This document shows, one piece after another, positions 35,996-45,252 of a stretch of 64,000 nucleotides of DNA (positions within the stretch are counted from its first letter, which is position 1; every line of letters begins with the position of its first letter). Location: IMG/VR virus record IMGVR_UViG_3300038428_000489; one strand, given 5' to 3'. Under the pieces are notes generated by a model. It saw only the letters and a program-made list of their open reading frames with translations, made no database searches and was not told the DNA's origin. The translations under genes and the position numbers were made by a program. This DNA is from an uncultured virus (IMG/VR IMGVR_UViG_3300038428_000489) (taxonomy: Duplodnaviria; Heunggongvirae; Uroviricota; Caudoviricetes).

Positions 35996-36499
35996 TTGAC
36001 AAAGTGTTTCAAGACGTTGCCGAGTAAAAAAGGTTTCAAAATTTGCTGTCATTGCCAACAAGAGAAACCCTTATCGGAATTTGATATTGAAAAAGCAAAA
36101 AGTGATGGCCATAAAGGCCGCTGTAAACTCTGTGCTTCCATATATAGAAAAGCCCATTATATCAGTGCACTTTCAGTTGCTAAAACAAAGAAATGGCGAC
36201 AAGCTCATTACAGTAAATCTCTTGATTATATGCTTCAATATCGGACTAAATTAAAGACTCAAATTGTTGCTGGTTATGGGGGCAAATGCACTTGTTGTGG
36301 TGAATCTGAAATAACCTTTTTAACATTAGAACATTTAAACAATGATGGCGATGAACATCGGAAACAATATGGCGGTGGTTCAGGGGTATATAGAAATGTA
36401 ATCCGCAGAAGTTTCCCAAAAGAATACACTATTTTGTGTTATAATTGTAACTTGGCAAAGAGAGGAGGTAAACAATGTCCGCATCAAATGAACAAGTAA
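35996..36499 (+). CDS. Zinc-finger HNH endonuclease
   Basis: TTG start after AAGGAGG; CCHC..CKLC; YGGKCTCCGE..LTLEHLNNDG..LCYNCN. Confidence 0.85.
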   Translation: MTKCFKTLPSKKGFKICCHCQQEKPLSEFDIEKAKSDGHKGRCKLCASIYRKAHYISALSVAKTKKWRQAHYSKSLDYMLQYRTKLKTQIVAGYGGKCTCCGESEITFLTLEHLNNDGDEHRKQYGGGSGVYRNVIRRSFPKEYTILCYNCNLAKRGGKQCPHQMNK

Positions 36500-37149
36500 T
36501 TATTCGCCAACAAGCCATAATCACGAAGCTCGTGGAGGCGCTTGTCCGCCTCATTGGGGATGCCGAGGATTTCACCGATGGCCTGACCTGTATGGGCTGC
36601 GTTGGCACAATGGGCGAGGATGAAGACGGCAATCACACCGAGATTGAGCATGAAGCCGATTGCTCACTAATCCAAGCCAGGGTCGCCTTGGCGCGGCCCG
36701 AGGGGAGGAGTAATTATGGGCAAAGAAATCCTCTGGAAAGGCGAAAAGGATCACAATATCGTTTTATCTCGTCCTTGCCCCTGCGGGTGCGACCGGCGGT
36801 ATGGAAATCACGGAGTCGGATATTTAACCGGCTCCCTGAACGATGGGGAAGGATTCACTATCTGGATCAGAAAAGAGGCAATGTACGAGCGGCTGAGGTT
36901 TTTCTACTGCGAGTTGAATCACATAAACTGCATAGAAGGGAAATAGCCATGGGCAAACTCATCTACCTCCCCAAGCCCCCCTACCGGGAAATCACGTCAG
37001 AGGACATTATACGGCTTTGCCAACGCCTGGCGGTCCGTGAGCCGATGGCACCGGAACCCTACTGGCGAGCTAAGGAAGTCGTAAGGGGCGTGGTGGCGGG
37101 GTTGGTGGTCGTTGGGGTGGGGTTTGTGATTTGGATGCTGACGAATTAG
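36475..37149 (+). CDS. Hypothetical ORF, probably two genes in one frame (second start 36949)
   Basis: GGAGG RBS; N-terminal CxxC..H..C; C-terminal transmembrane helix. Confidence 0.45.
   Translation: MSASNEQVIIRQQAIITKLVEALVRLIGDAEDFTDGLTCMGCVGTMGEDEDGNHTEIEHEADCSLIQARVALARPEGRSNYGQRNPLERRKGSQYRFISSLPLRVRPAVWKSRSRIFNRLPERWGRIHYLDQKRGNVRAAEVFLLRVESHKLHRREIAMGKLIYLPKPPYREITSEDIIRLCQRLAVREPMAPEPYWRAKEVVRGVVAGLVVVGVGFVIWMLTN
36716..36946 (+). CDS. Hypothetical protein nested in 36475..37149
   Basis: GGAGGAG RBS; RPCPCGCD..GVGYL. Confidence 0.6.
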   Translation: MGKEILWKGEKDHNIVLSRPCPCGCDRRYGNHGVGYLTGSLNDGEGFTIWIRKEAMYERLRFFYCELNHINCIEGK

Positions 37150-37171
37150 GGACGAGGCTTCAAGAAAGCGC

Positions 37172-37348
37172 ACCCCCTAATAGGGGTCGCCCGGCACCTC
37201 AGTGAAGCCGGGCATGATTTCAAGTTTGTGCTGAGGGGCGACGGCTTTTAGAGGCCGGGGTGGGAAGGGAAGCAACATTGGCTCGCCCAAGGCGCATTAT
37301 AAAGAAGGACCGCTAACCACATGACCGGGGCTGGCGAGAGCTGGCCCC
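37172..37348 (+). ncRNA. Structured intergenic RNA with a pseudoknot
   Basis: gcccggc/gccgggc stem whose loop ccucagu pairs with gcugagg. Confidence 0.45.
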
Positions 37349-37361
37349 AAAGGAGGATGAA

Positions 37362-37565
37362 ATGTTCTGCCCTTTAAAATTTTCTCAATATCCCCCTAGC
37401 AGAAGCCCGGCATTAACTGATAGCCCCCAGTGCGAAAAAGAAAAATGTGCCTGGTGGGAAAAGTGGGGTGAGAAACCGGAGCATGAATCTTGCGCCATTC
37501 TATCCATCGCCAAAACCTTGAGCGATTTTCAAAATGATGGGGTAGTAATGAAAAATCAGTATTAA
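37362..37565 (+). CDS. Cys-rich hypothetical protein
   Basis: AGGAGG RBS; FCPL..C...CAWW..CAI. Confidence 0.7.
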   Translation: MFCPLKFSQYPPSRSPALTDSPQCEKEKCAWWEKWGEKPEHESCAILSIAKTLSDFQNDGVVMKNQY

Positions 37566-37575
37566 GGAGACTAAG

Positions 37576-37755
37576 ATGCCCGTAACTATCAAAGACCTTG
37601 AAGATTGCATAGCCGAAGCTGTGAGGTTCATCGGTGCGGCACATAAAGCCCTGAGTGCTCAAAAAAAGGAAGAAGAAGCCGGCAAATACAACGCCGCTGC
37701 CATCAGGGCCTCGATGGATTTGACTCGTTGCTTGGCGCGACTCCGTAAGTATTAA
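37576..37755 (+). CDS. Hypothetical protein (59 aa)
   Basis: Manual: AAGGAG RBS; AAAIRASMDLTRCLA. Confidence 0.65.
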   Translation: MPVTIKDLEDCIAEAVRFIGAAHKALSAQKKEEEAGKYNAAAIRASMDLTRCLARLRKY

Positions 37756-37766
37756 GGGAGAATAGG

Positions 37767-38015
37767 ATGAAAGAACTTGAAGAAAATGTGGTAAGTCGCT
37801 TTAGCACAGACCCCGATATTTTTACAAAAGCAGATTTTCAGATGGAGCAATCCGGACGCCAGGAAGAATTCGTAAAGCTTCATGGAGACGGTTTTGCGCA
37901 CCTGCGGGTGGAGTATCCGACACTCTGGCTGGATAAACTTCACGAGGCATTGGTGAAAGACAAGTCTCCCATTATCCCTGTGCGGCGAATCGTGCCCAAG
38001 AGAAGGATACCATGA
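37767..38015 (+). CDS. Hypothetical protein
   Basis: RBS; ATGA overlap. Confidence 0.55.
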   Translation: MKELEENVVSRFSTDPDIFTKADFQMEQSGRQEEFVKLHGDGFAHLRVEYPTLWLDKLHEALVKDKSPIIPVRRIVPKRRIP

Positions 38016-38242
38016 TGAACTACACAAATTGGGTTATTGACTGGATCATGCGTATGGGCCGAAAACATGGGGGAACCGTTCACGGCAAGGATGGCAAATC
38101 GTATGACTGGGGCCAAGCTCTTGCCCGTGAATGCTACGGTCCAGAATGGATCAAATTAGTACCTGATGATCCTACTTCTTCTGATGTTGACAGAGCTAAA
38201 GCATGGGAAGAAGGAAAATGGCCTGAATGGGTTGAACAATAA
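38012..38242 (+). CDS. Hypothetical protein
   Basis: In operon. Confidence 0.55.
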   Translation: MMNYTNWVIDWIMRMGRKHGGTVHGKDGKSYDWGQALARECYGPEWIKLVPDDPTSSDVDRAKAWEEGKWPEWVEQ

Positions 38243-38255
38243 GGGAGAGAAGCAA

Positions 38256-38654
38256 ATGGATCATCATCTATTTTACGAATACCCTGAATTAAGCCAAGGA
38301 GGAGAAGATGAACATATTATCCGATTATCCGATCAACAAGCGGCCCGTATTCAAAATGAACTTTACGCTTATGCCTGTGAATTACGTCGTCCTTGCCACC
38401 TGCTTAAACCCCGCATCTTCATTGATGGTGATATGTGGTGTGCTTTGTATGGCGAAAATCTCCAAGACGGCGTAGCGGGGTTTGGGAAGTCCCCGGAGTT
38501 AGCCTATTGGGACTTTGATAAAAAATGGTGCGAAAAACTATCAGAATCACCAGGTTACATAACGACCAAAATCTGTCCTGCATGTGGCTGGAACTTGCCG
38601 AGTGATACTATTAGTCATAAGTGCATCAGCAAGAACGGGGGTGCTTTAGGATGA
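38256..38654 (+). CDS. Conserved-looking phage hypothetical protein
   Basis: DGDMWCALYGENLQDGVAGFGKSP. Confidence 0.7.
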   Translation: MDHHLFYEYPELSQGGEDEHIIRLSDQQAARIQNELYAYACELRRPCHLLKPRIFIDGDMWCALYGENLQDGVAGFGKSPELAYWDFDKKWCEKLSESPGYITTKICPACGWNLPSDTISHKCISKNGGALG

Positions 38655-38708
38655 ACCCCCACTTATTCTATGAATACCCTGAATTAAGCCAAGGAGGAGA
38701 AGATGAAC
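38277..38708 (+). repeat. 37-bp exact direct repeat (38277-38313 and 38672-38708)
   Basis: gaataccctgaattaagccaaggaggagaagatgaac occurs twice. Confidence 0.95.
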
Positions 38709-39668
38709 GAACCCCGAGAGTTAGAAATTGTGGAGAAGAGCTTGAGCCTCCCGGAAATGGACATTGCGACCGCCGTGGAGAGGTTCAAAATGCTGGGGCA
38801 ATTCGTGAAGGAGATCATGCGGCCTGGGACTGATTACGGAGTAATACCAGGAACCGGAAAGCGCAAAATCATGTTACCGGGTGGCGAAGTAGAAGTACCC
38901 ATGTGGACCCTTTTGAAGCCAGGAGCCGAGAAACTTTGCACCTTTTTTGGTTTGACCAAAGAGGAACAAATTCTCGCCAGGGAAATGGACTGGACTGGCA
39001 AAGACCATGGAGGGGAAGCCTTCTTCTACTTCCATTACTTAATTCGCCTATCCCGCAATGGCCGGTTAGTGGCCGAAGCCGATGGTAGTGCAAACTCCTG
39101 GGAAACCAAACACCGTTATCGCCAGGGTGAGTATAAATGCCCCAAGTGCCACCAAGAAGCTATTCGCCGGAACAAAGAGGAAAAAGGTGGAGGGTGGTAT
39201 TGCTGGTCTAAACTCGGCGGATGCGGCACACAATTCCTAAAAGGCTCTGCTGAGATTGAAAAACAGGATGTCGGGAAAAAGAAGAACCCGGACCCCGCCG
39301 ATTTGGTGAACACGATTCAGAAGATGGCCTACAAGCGGGCGCTAGTGGCGACGACTCTTGTGGCTGTCAACGCCTCCGAATATTTTAACCAGGACATCGA
39401 AGACCTGCCCGATATGAACCACGCCCCACCTACTTCTCCCGCCTCGGCTTCACCTGATGCCCCAGGAGGCACGAAAAAAGAAAAGACAGAGGATGATAAG
39501 GGGGGTACTGCGAGTCCAGAAGATCAGAGACCGGACATCAAAGAACTTTTGGATACTCTTAAGAACAAGGGATGGCCTGTGGCAAAATTGGTGGTGAAGT
39601 TCGGCAAGAACCGGGATAAGTGGGGATCGGAGGAACTGAAAAAGCTGGCTGATCTCGCAACAGAATAG
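38703..39668 (+). CDS. Putative ssDNA-annealing recombinase with a zinc-ribbon insert
   Basis: GTDYGVIPG..LLKPGAEKL..CPKC..C...GGCG..NTIQKMAYKRALV. Confidence 0.7.
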   Translation: MNEPRELEIVEKSLSLPEMDIATAVERFKMLGQFVKEIMRPGTDYGVIPGTGKRKIMLPGGEVEVPMWTLLKPGAEKLCTFFGLTKEEQILAREMDWTGKDHGGEAFFYFHYLIRLSRNGRLVAEADGSANSWETKHRYRQGEYKCPKCHQEAIRRNKEEKGGGWYCWSKLGGCGTQFLKGSAEIEKQDVGKKKNPDPADLVNTIQKMAYKRALVATTLVAVNASEYFNQDIEDLPDMNHAPPTSPASASPDAPGGTKKEKTEDDKGGTASPEDQRPDIKELLDTLKNKGWPVAKLVVKFGKNRDKWGSEELKKLADLATE

Positions 39669-39741
39669 GGACACAAGTTATGCCAAGTCATGCATGACCT
39701 TATTCACCAGAAAGATAAACAGCAAGGAAGGAGGATTTGAT

Positions 39742-39978
39742 ATGAGCAAGCAATCTGACGCGAAGGCGAAGCAAGGTTACAATCCTAAACCCCTGGCCCG
39801 ATGCTGCCGGACCTGCGGGAATTTGGTGAGGAAGATGCACCCTATATATAAGAGTTACGAAATGAGCCGACCCTGCGGTATCGGAGGCTTCGCGGTGAAG
39901 GCGCAAGGGGTATGTGACCTCTGGGAGATAAAAATTGAGCCTCGTGCTGACTCAGACGACGACGGCGAACCCGATTAA
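39742..39978 (+). CDS. Cys-rich hypothetical protein
   Basis: GGAGG RBS; KQGY..CRTC..CGIGGFAVK..C. Confidence 0.65.
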   Translation: MSKQSDAKAKQGYNPKPLARCCRTCGNLVRKMHPIYKSYEMSRPCGIGGFAVKAQGVCDLWEIKIEPRADSDDDGEPD

Positions 39979-39984
39979 ACAGTT

Positions 39985-40167
39985 AGGCCAGCGCAGTACT
40001 CCTCCTTCGAGGGCGCCTGACCTCGTTAACGCCAGGCTGGTCTTCGGTGTTCCCCACCACCCGGAGATCGTAGGGGCCGGTTGCGCTGGCCTTGTGCCTT
40101 TCTGCCGGTCCTAAGCCTCTGGCACCCAGGCCCTAAGTGCCCCCGGGAGAGTTGGGGCACAAACTCT
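39985..40167 (+). ncRNA. Cloverleaf RNA (C4/CI antisense-like architecture) plus a downstream pseudoknot
   Basis: 12-bp closing stem 39985-39996/40081-40092 enclosing three hairpins. Confidence 0.6.
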
Positions 40168-40191
40168 TAATTAAGAAGCTGGTGATGTCTA

Positions 40192-40425
40192 ATGTTATTA
40201 TGTAATCATTATCCTCATAAGGTATCTATTGAGGAAGTTGAAAAAGCTCAAGCCATGGCAGGGATAGATGGACAACAGTCTTTCCAGGTAGCTCCGGTAT
40301 GGTCAAGCATAAATCCTAAATTAGAAGCTCTTATAAGAGGCTGGAAGTGGTACTGTTTTATCCCAACGGACGGGCCAGCCTGTTATTGGAGTCCAAACTT
40401 GGCACCAAGACGGGTAAACCGATGA
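40192..40425 (+). CDS. Hypothetical protein
   Basis: In operon. Confidence 0.45.
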   Translation: MLLCNHYPHKVSIEEVEKAQAMAGIDGQQSFQVAPVWSSINPKLEALIRGWKWYCFIPTDGPACYWSPNLAPRRVNR

Positions 40426-40457
40426 ACTGCATCATCTGTGAAGGGCAAGGAGACGCA

Positions 40458-40715
40458 ATGGAAAAGTGGCATGATATTACTACTGCACCTTTCGACAAAC
40501 CAATTCTTCTATATTTCCAGGATTTAACGGTGATAACGCCGCAGTATCGTATAGGCGTTGGGACAAAGATTAGAAACTATTGGTTTGGTTGGCCGGTAAT
40601 CAGAAGAATTACACCCACAGAGCCTACCCATTGGCAACCTCTTCCGAAGCCGCCACAAACAGAAGTTCCTAAGGGGCACGAGCCGGACCCGCGGATGTGC
40701 AGGAATAAGTTTTAA
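40458..40715 (+). CDS. DUF551-like protein
   Basis: WHDITTAP..ILL..PTHWQPLPKPP. Confidence 0.7.
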   Translation: MEKWHDITTAPFDKPILLYFQDLTVITPQYRIGVGTKIRNYWFGWPVIRRITPTEPTHWQPLPKPPQTEVPKGHEPDPRMCRNKF

Positions 40716-40719
40716 AGAA

Positions 40720-41124
40720 TTGAAATTGAAACCTTCATTCTATTGTCGGCGCTGCGGTGCTGAATCGTACGGAAAATCAGGACTCAAATACAGAAAGATA
40801 TTCCCAATGGAATCGTGGATGTTGGAAGGCCCTGATGCTCTCGATGATGGAATCATTGGAGTTGTTAAAGTGCTTCGAGAGGCCGGAATTGATACATTTG
40901 ATTCCTGCCAGGGTGGCCCTAGCCATGCTAGTGAACGACCGGTAGTCTGGTTCAAAGGCAATGAAAGTGAAGGCTTTCGGGCAGAGGAAATTGCTACTGC
41001 TGCTGGTTATCAGGTTTTTCACATAAGCCGCTTCTGGTACACCCGGCAGGGCGAGAGGTTCGGTCCTTATTGGGAGATTGCTTTCGTACGAGGCGCTGCC
41101 CATAGAGGGGTCCGGGAGGAATAA
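40720..41124 (+). CDS. Hypothetical phage protein
   Basis: LDDGI..VKVLREAGIDTFDSCQG motif. Confidence 0.6.
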   Translation: MKLKPSFYCRRCGAESYGKSGLKYRKIFPMESWMLEGPDALDDGIIGVVKVLREAGIDTFDSCQGGPSHASERPVVWFKGNESEGFRAEEIATAAGYQVFHISRFWYTRQGERFGPYWEIAFVRGAAHRGVREE

Positions 41125-41141
41125 ATTTTTAAAGGAGTAAA

Positions 41142-41471
41142 ATGCGAAAAGTAACCGCTAAGGGCCACCTTAAAACTAGTACCATGAATAAAACTGAAGC
41201 TGCCTATGCCAACCGTCTTGAGCTTCTGTTGCGGACCGGCGAAGTGCTGTGGTATAAGTTTGAGGGGGTCCGATTGCGGTTGGCAGATGATTCGTATTTT
41301 AAACCGGATTTCGCGGTAATGGTCAAAGACGGCACTTTGGAGATTCACGAAGTCAAAGGATTCTGGCGGGAAGCGGCTAAAGTGAGAATCCGGGTAGCAG
41401 CCGACATCTATCCTTTTCGCTTCTTAGCGGTGAAGGCCGAAAAGGGCGGCTGGGAAGTAGAAATATTTTAA
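41142..41471 (+). CDS. PD-(D/E)xK nuclease (DUF1064-like)
   Basis: MNKTEAAY..FEG..PDF..HEVKGFW. Confidence 0.8.
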   Translation: MRKVTAKGHLKTSTMNKTEAAYANRLELLLRTGEVLWYKFEGVRLRLADDSYFKPDFAVMVKDGTLEIHEVKGFWREAAKVRIRVAADIYPFRFLAVKAEKGGWEVEIF

Positions 41472-41480
41472 GGAGGCAAC

Positions 41481-41765
41481 ATGAGCAAAGAAATTAGTGA
41501 AACCGAGCGGGCGGCTATGGCTGCTTTGGGGGTATCTTTAGACCAGACCGATGCGGTATTAGCTGAACTTGTCGAAGCTATTGCAAGAGCTACTGCTGCC
41601 GAATCCCAACTTGCCGCCCGAGCTGAGGTGCTACTGGAGGCGATAGCCATCTTTAAAGAAATGGCAGGGGATGATTTAGAGCATATCGGGGTTTGGTATA
41701 AAAAGGAAGTCCAAGCCTTCATGGACCGGGACGAGATTAACAAGTTGCGCAAGGAGAGGGAGTGA
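41481..41765 (+). CDS. Hypothetical protein
   Basis: AAGGAGG RBS. Confidence 0.6.
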   Translation: MSKEISETERAAMAALGVSLDQTDAVLAELVEAIARATAAESQLAARAEVLLEAIAIFKEMAGDDLEHIGVWYKKEVQAFMDRDEINKLRKERE

Positions 41766-41947
41766 TGCCATCTATATTGTATAGAATTACTGGTATTTTG
41801 TTTATATTGTTGGGACTATCTCATTGGTTTGTGTTAGCCCCACAACAGGATAGAAATAATAAGCTCACGAAAGAATTATATGATTTACAGAAAAAGATAG
41901 ATGTCTATAAATCTACACCATAACTCCCAGGATAGGAGGTGTGAGGA

Positions 41948-42493
41948 ATGAGGCACGACAAAGACTGCCCCTGCGAACCCTGCAAGGCAGAGAGGAAGTC
42001 GCCGCTTTACTCCGGGATGGCATTGGAGATTAAGGGCCTCCAAAGCCAACTTGCCACCCAGGGGGAATGGCAAAAAGCGGCAAGAGGACTGTTATGGATG
42101 TGTAAAATAAGATTACGTAATACCGATCCAGGCCATATGGTCACTCAGACACAAAATCTGATCTCTGCTCTTGAAGCCTTCCTCGCCCCGACTACTCCCG
42201 CCGATGCTGAGGCTGGGCAAGTGCTTACTAATCCTATGACTGAAGCCGATTTGGTAATTGAAGCAATGCAGCAAGAGAAGGCTGAGGCCGGGAAGTGTCC
42301 AGTCTGTAGCAAGGAACCTTTTGTCTGTGGAATAGACCATACAGAGATGGTACTAGTGCGGCGCATAGCCTTGGCCGCTGTTATGGAATGGGTTGAAGAA
42401 AATTCTTATTTCGGGGATGGAGGGATTCCAGAAAGAAGTGTGGATGATCTCAAAGCCGCCCTGGGAAAGGAGAAGCCGGGGGAGGAAAGATAG
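41948..42493 (+). CDS. Hypothetical protein
   Basis: RBS; Cys motifs. Confidence 0.55.
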   Translation: MRHDKDCPCEPCKAERKSPLYSGMALEIKGLQSQLATQGEWQKAARGLLWMCKIRLRNTDPGHMVTQTQNLISALEAFLAPTTPADAEAGQVLTNPMTEADLVIEAMQQEKAEAGKCPVCSKEPFVCGIDHTEMVLVRRIALAAVMEWVEENSYFGDGGIPERSVDDLKAALGKEKPGEER

Positions 42494-42709
42494 CTATGGA
42501 AGAACTTCGTTGTCTTTGTGGCCGTCTCTTGAACAGATTGGATTTAGGTGAGATGATACTGGTGAGACGTCAAAGTGCGGAATTAGCACTTATCGCCTTG
42601 GAAGCTGAATATCCAGAAGAAGAACTAGCGACGCTTGAATTTCGCCGTGTGTTGGGACTTAAAGATGGTGAGCGGTTATAATCATTAAAACCGTCAAGGA
42701 GACAGGCTA

Positions 42710-42994
42710 ATGGGATACGCCGTCTATGAAATAAACAGGTTTGATAGCCAAGTTCCGATGCAGCGGGGATATGGGGTTCGATGCAAATGTCACCACTGCG
42801 GATGTCGGGCAATGATAGACCGAGGAATTTCCTACTTATGTTATTCCTGCGGCTGGTATTTCTGCGAGAAGCATCGGACTTTTGCTCGAAACGAAACCAC
42901 AGACGAAGCGATTGAACTTGACTGCTTCGCTGGAACCAGCAGCCAGGTATGTGAGCGGTGTGCGGAGAAACTTAAAACGGGGGAATGGAAATGA
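42710..42994 (+). CDS. Cys-rich hypothetical protein
   Basis: RGYGV..C.H.GC..IDRGISYLC..CGWYFCEKH. Confidence 0.7.
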   Translation: MGYAVYEINRFDSQVPMQRGYGVRCKCHHCGCRAMIDRGISYLCYSCGWYFCEKHRTFARNETTDEAIELDCFAGTSSQVCERCAEKLKTGEWK

Positions 42995-43125
42995 CCGAAA
43001 TCCTAACCGTGGCTGCTTGGAAAAGGAGAAGCCATGACAGACGCCGACGCCTTTTGTATTATAATTGCTGCCGTTATTTTAGCAATTATTTATTTTACCA
43101 CTAACTCGATAGGAGGAGAAGGGAA

Positions 43126-43503
43126 ATGACTCCCGAAGAACTGACCGAACTCCGCCGCTGGTCTGCCTGTGATTTGATGGGGTGGGCTAAAGGAGAATAT
43201 AATTACCCAACTGGCCCTGCTTACCACGTCAATTCAAACTCTTCTCTTTCTTATGTAATCAGAGTTGCCGACTGGCGCCCCGACGAACCCAACGGCCAGA
43301 TTGAGATGGTGATTGACAAGATGAGGGAGTTAGAGTGGGGCCTAAACTTGCACTACCGTGGTGAAAAAACTCATTGCAGCTTTTCAAAAGATTTTAGTTC
43401 ATTTAGAAATTTAAGAGAATATACTGAACCCCGCCGCAATGCTATCCTCTTGGCAGCCCATGCTGCTTGGCTAGCGGCGAGGGCGGAGAAGGAGGGGAAA
43501 TGA
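43126..43503 (+). CDS. Phage ABA-sandwich-like protein
   Basis: LMGW..WRPD..VIDKM..AILLAA. Confidence 0.55.
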   Translation: MTPEELTELRRWSACDLMGWAKGEYNYPTGPAYHVNSNSSLSYVIRVADWRPDEPNGQIEMVIDKMRELEWGLNLHYRGEKTHCSFSKDFSSFRNLREYTEPRRNAILLAAHAAWLAARAEKEGK

Positions 43504-43730
43504 TGTTCAGAAAAGTAATAGTATCTATTCTTGTTGGATTATATTTATTCTGTTTCTTTTTTTATTTAGTGGGACTGGCAGCCTCTATAGATTACCCAAT
43601 TTTAAAGATCCCAGCCATTGTCTGTGGGTTAATTTGGGGATTAGTTACTATTACTGGGGTGGGGATTGGTGTTATTAAAGTATGGTTAGCCAGCCACTTT
43701 AATCACCCCGGAGATAAGCAGGGTCAATAA
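43500..43730 (+). CDS. Small membrane protein
   Basis: Two hydrophobic helices. Confidence 0.55.
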   Translation: MMFRKVIVSILVGLYLFCFFFYLVGLAASIDYPILKIPAIVCGLIWGLVTITGVGIGVIKVWLASHFNHPGDKQGQ

Positions 43731-43818
43731 GCAGGCCCCGTAGCCGGCGATAAAGGCAATAGCCAGAGCCATCATGCGGACCAAAAAGTTTTTCCATTGG
43801 GGCGAAAGAGACATTATT

Positions 43819-44046
43819 TCATCCTATCTTTGCGCGCAGACAAGGCTTACAAATATATAAATTAAGTTTCTGGGTAAATGCCTGATATGTCCAATCAGCC
43901 ATGACAGAATAACAATCAGCTTCCTTGCCGCAAAACTGGCACATAAACCCAGGATACACAGTCAGTTTTATTTCTACCTGTCCCTGGCATATCGGACAGC
44001 CACAGTTGGTTAGTTCTTTTTCTCCAACATGGCGAGCGCACTTCAT
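43819..44046 (-). CDS. Zinc-finger hypothetical protein
   Basis: Several CxxC motifs. Confidence 0.5.
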   Translation of the reverse strand: MKCARHVGEKELTNCGCPICQGQVEIKLTVYPGFMCQFCGKEADCYSVMADWTYQAFTQKLNLYICKPCLRAKIG

Positions 44047-44047
44047 T

Positions 44048-44290
44048 TCAATGCACCGTCTCCATCAGGTCCAGAGCCTTCTTTGCCACATCCTCGTTCA
44101 GTAGAGTCTCGCTCAATTCCTTCCCGATCTTCTCCAGGAACTCCGCTACTGCATAATGAATCTCTGTAGAGACGCCTGCCCTGGAAGATAGAATAAAAAT
44201 CGCAATACCCTCAGCCAATGGTAGCCGGGTCAGCCGGGAAGGCGTATGGCCCGCTTTAGTACATTCAAGGCATTTATTGTCATCGTCCAT
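44048..44290 (-). CDS. Hypothetical protein
   Basis: TAATG overlap with the peptidase gene. Confidence 0.55.
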   Translation of the reverse strand: MDDDNKCLECTKAGHTPSRLTRLPLAEGIAIFILSSRAGVSTEIHYAVAEFLEKIGKELSETLLNEDVAKKALDLMETVH

Positions 44291-45096
44291 TATGGGCCTC
44301 CTGGTTGCTCCTTCACCGTCTGCAAATCCTGATTCAGCAGGTCAATGTTAATCCCCAGCGGGTTCTCTTGCTTCCCGTCAAGGAAATCCTGGGAGATAAT
44401 GGCCCAGACCTCATCGAAGTAATCCTGGATGAAGGTATGTGTAGCGACTATTAATTTCCCCCAGCTAATGAAAGTAAAGCTGAGAGGGACAAATCTACTT
44501 CCCGACACACAATGGCCTCCCCAGGAACCATAAGCTGCGTTACCTTGCAGACTCTGGTCAGCCACGACCCACTGATCCTGGTCTTGAGCACTCAAAGGGA
44601 GCATCACCCCGCAATAAAGGCCACCGAAAAGATAGCAAGCCAAGGCCATATGCGATAGATTTTTCACCTGCACATAGGCCCCAATCTTATGGCCGTCAAT
44701 CCCGTTTTGCTGCCACTCTTTGAGAACCTGGTAGAGTTCAAGACCATTGTCAGTTGACTCATTGCCAGGGATATAGCCGCTCAATTTCGAGTAAACTGCA
44801 AGAATGTCCTGATCCGGCAGGATAACCTCTTTGCCTTCATTGGCGGTCCATACCTGGATCATGTGCCCCGCCCCAGCTACCGTGCAATCCCCCACGTCCA
44901 GGTTCCCCATCGGCCCGAACTTGCTCACCTTACTTAACCAGTCGTAGGAAGATGGGCAGGAGGGAGGCCCGAGCTGCGCCATAGACCGCAAGCTCTGAGG
45001 CAGATACTTTGCGAATTGCAGGTTTCGAGTGTCATGCCTGTAAGGTAATTTACCGAGTTTTACAGAGCGATAATCTATCATTTTATATCCTTCCAA
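44290..45096 (-). CDS. Papain-like cysteine peptidase
   Basis: YDW..MGNLDVGDCTVAG..GGHCV..SWG. Confidence 0.75.
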   Translation of the reverse strand: MEGYKMIDYRSVKLGKLPYRHDTRNLQFAKYLPQSLRSMAQLGPPSCPSSYDWLSKVSKFGPMGNLDVGDCTVAGAGHMIQVWTANEGKEVILPDQDILAVYSKLSGYIPGNESTDNGLELYQVLKEWQQNGIDGHKIGAYVQVKNLSHMALACYLFGGLYCGVMLPLSAQDQDQWVVADQSLQGNAAYGSWGGHCVSGSRFVPLSFTFISWGKLIVATHTFIQDYFDEVWAIISQDFLDGKQENPLGINIDLLNQDLQTVKEQPGGP

Positions 45097-45252
45097 TGCG
45101 TGACTTCTGACTGCACAATAAACGGCCCATCTCCTGCAATCCAGACTTCCCTACTAAAATATGGATTCCAGCTCCCCTCAAATTCACCTAATTGTGTTTT
45201 TACAATTACCCTCTTATATGGTTCTGGTTTTTGTAACAAGGCATTCACCCAG

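Noticed and set aside
43668..43710. Imperfect inverted repeat where operons converge
   Set aside because: Short, no U tract, and within coding sequence on both strands
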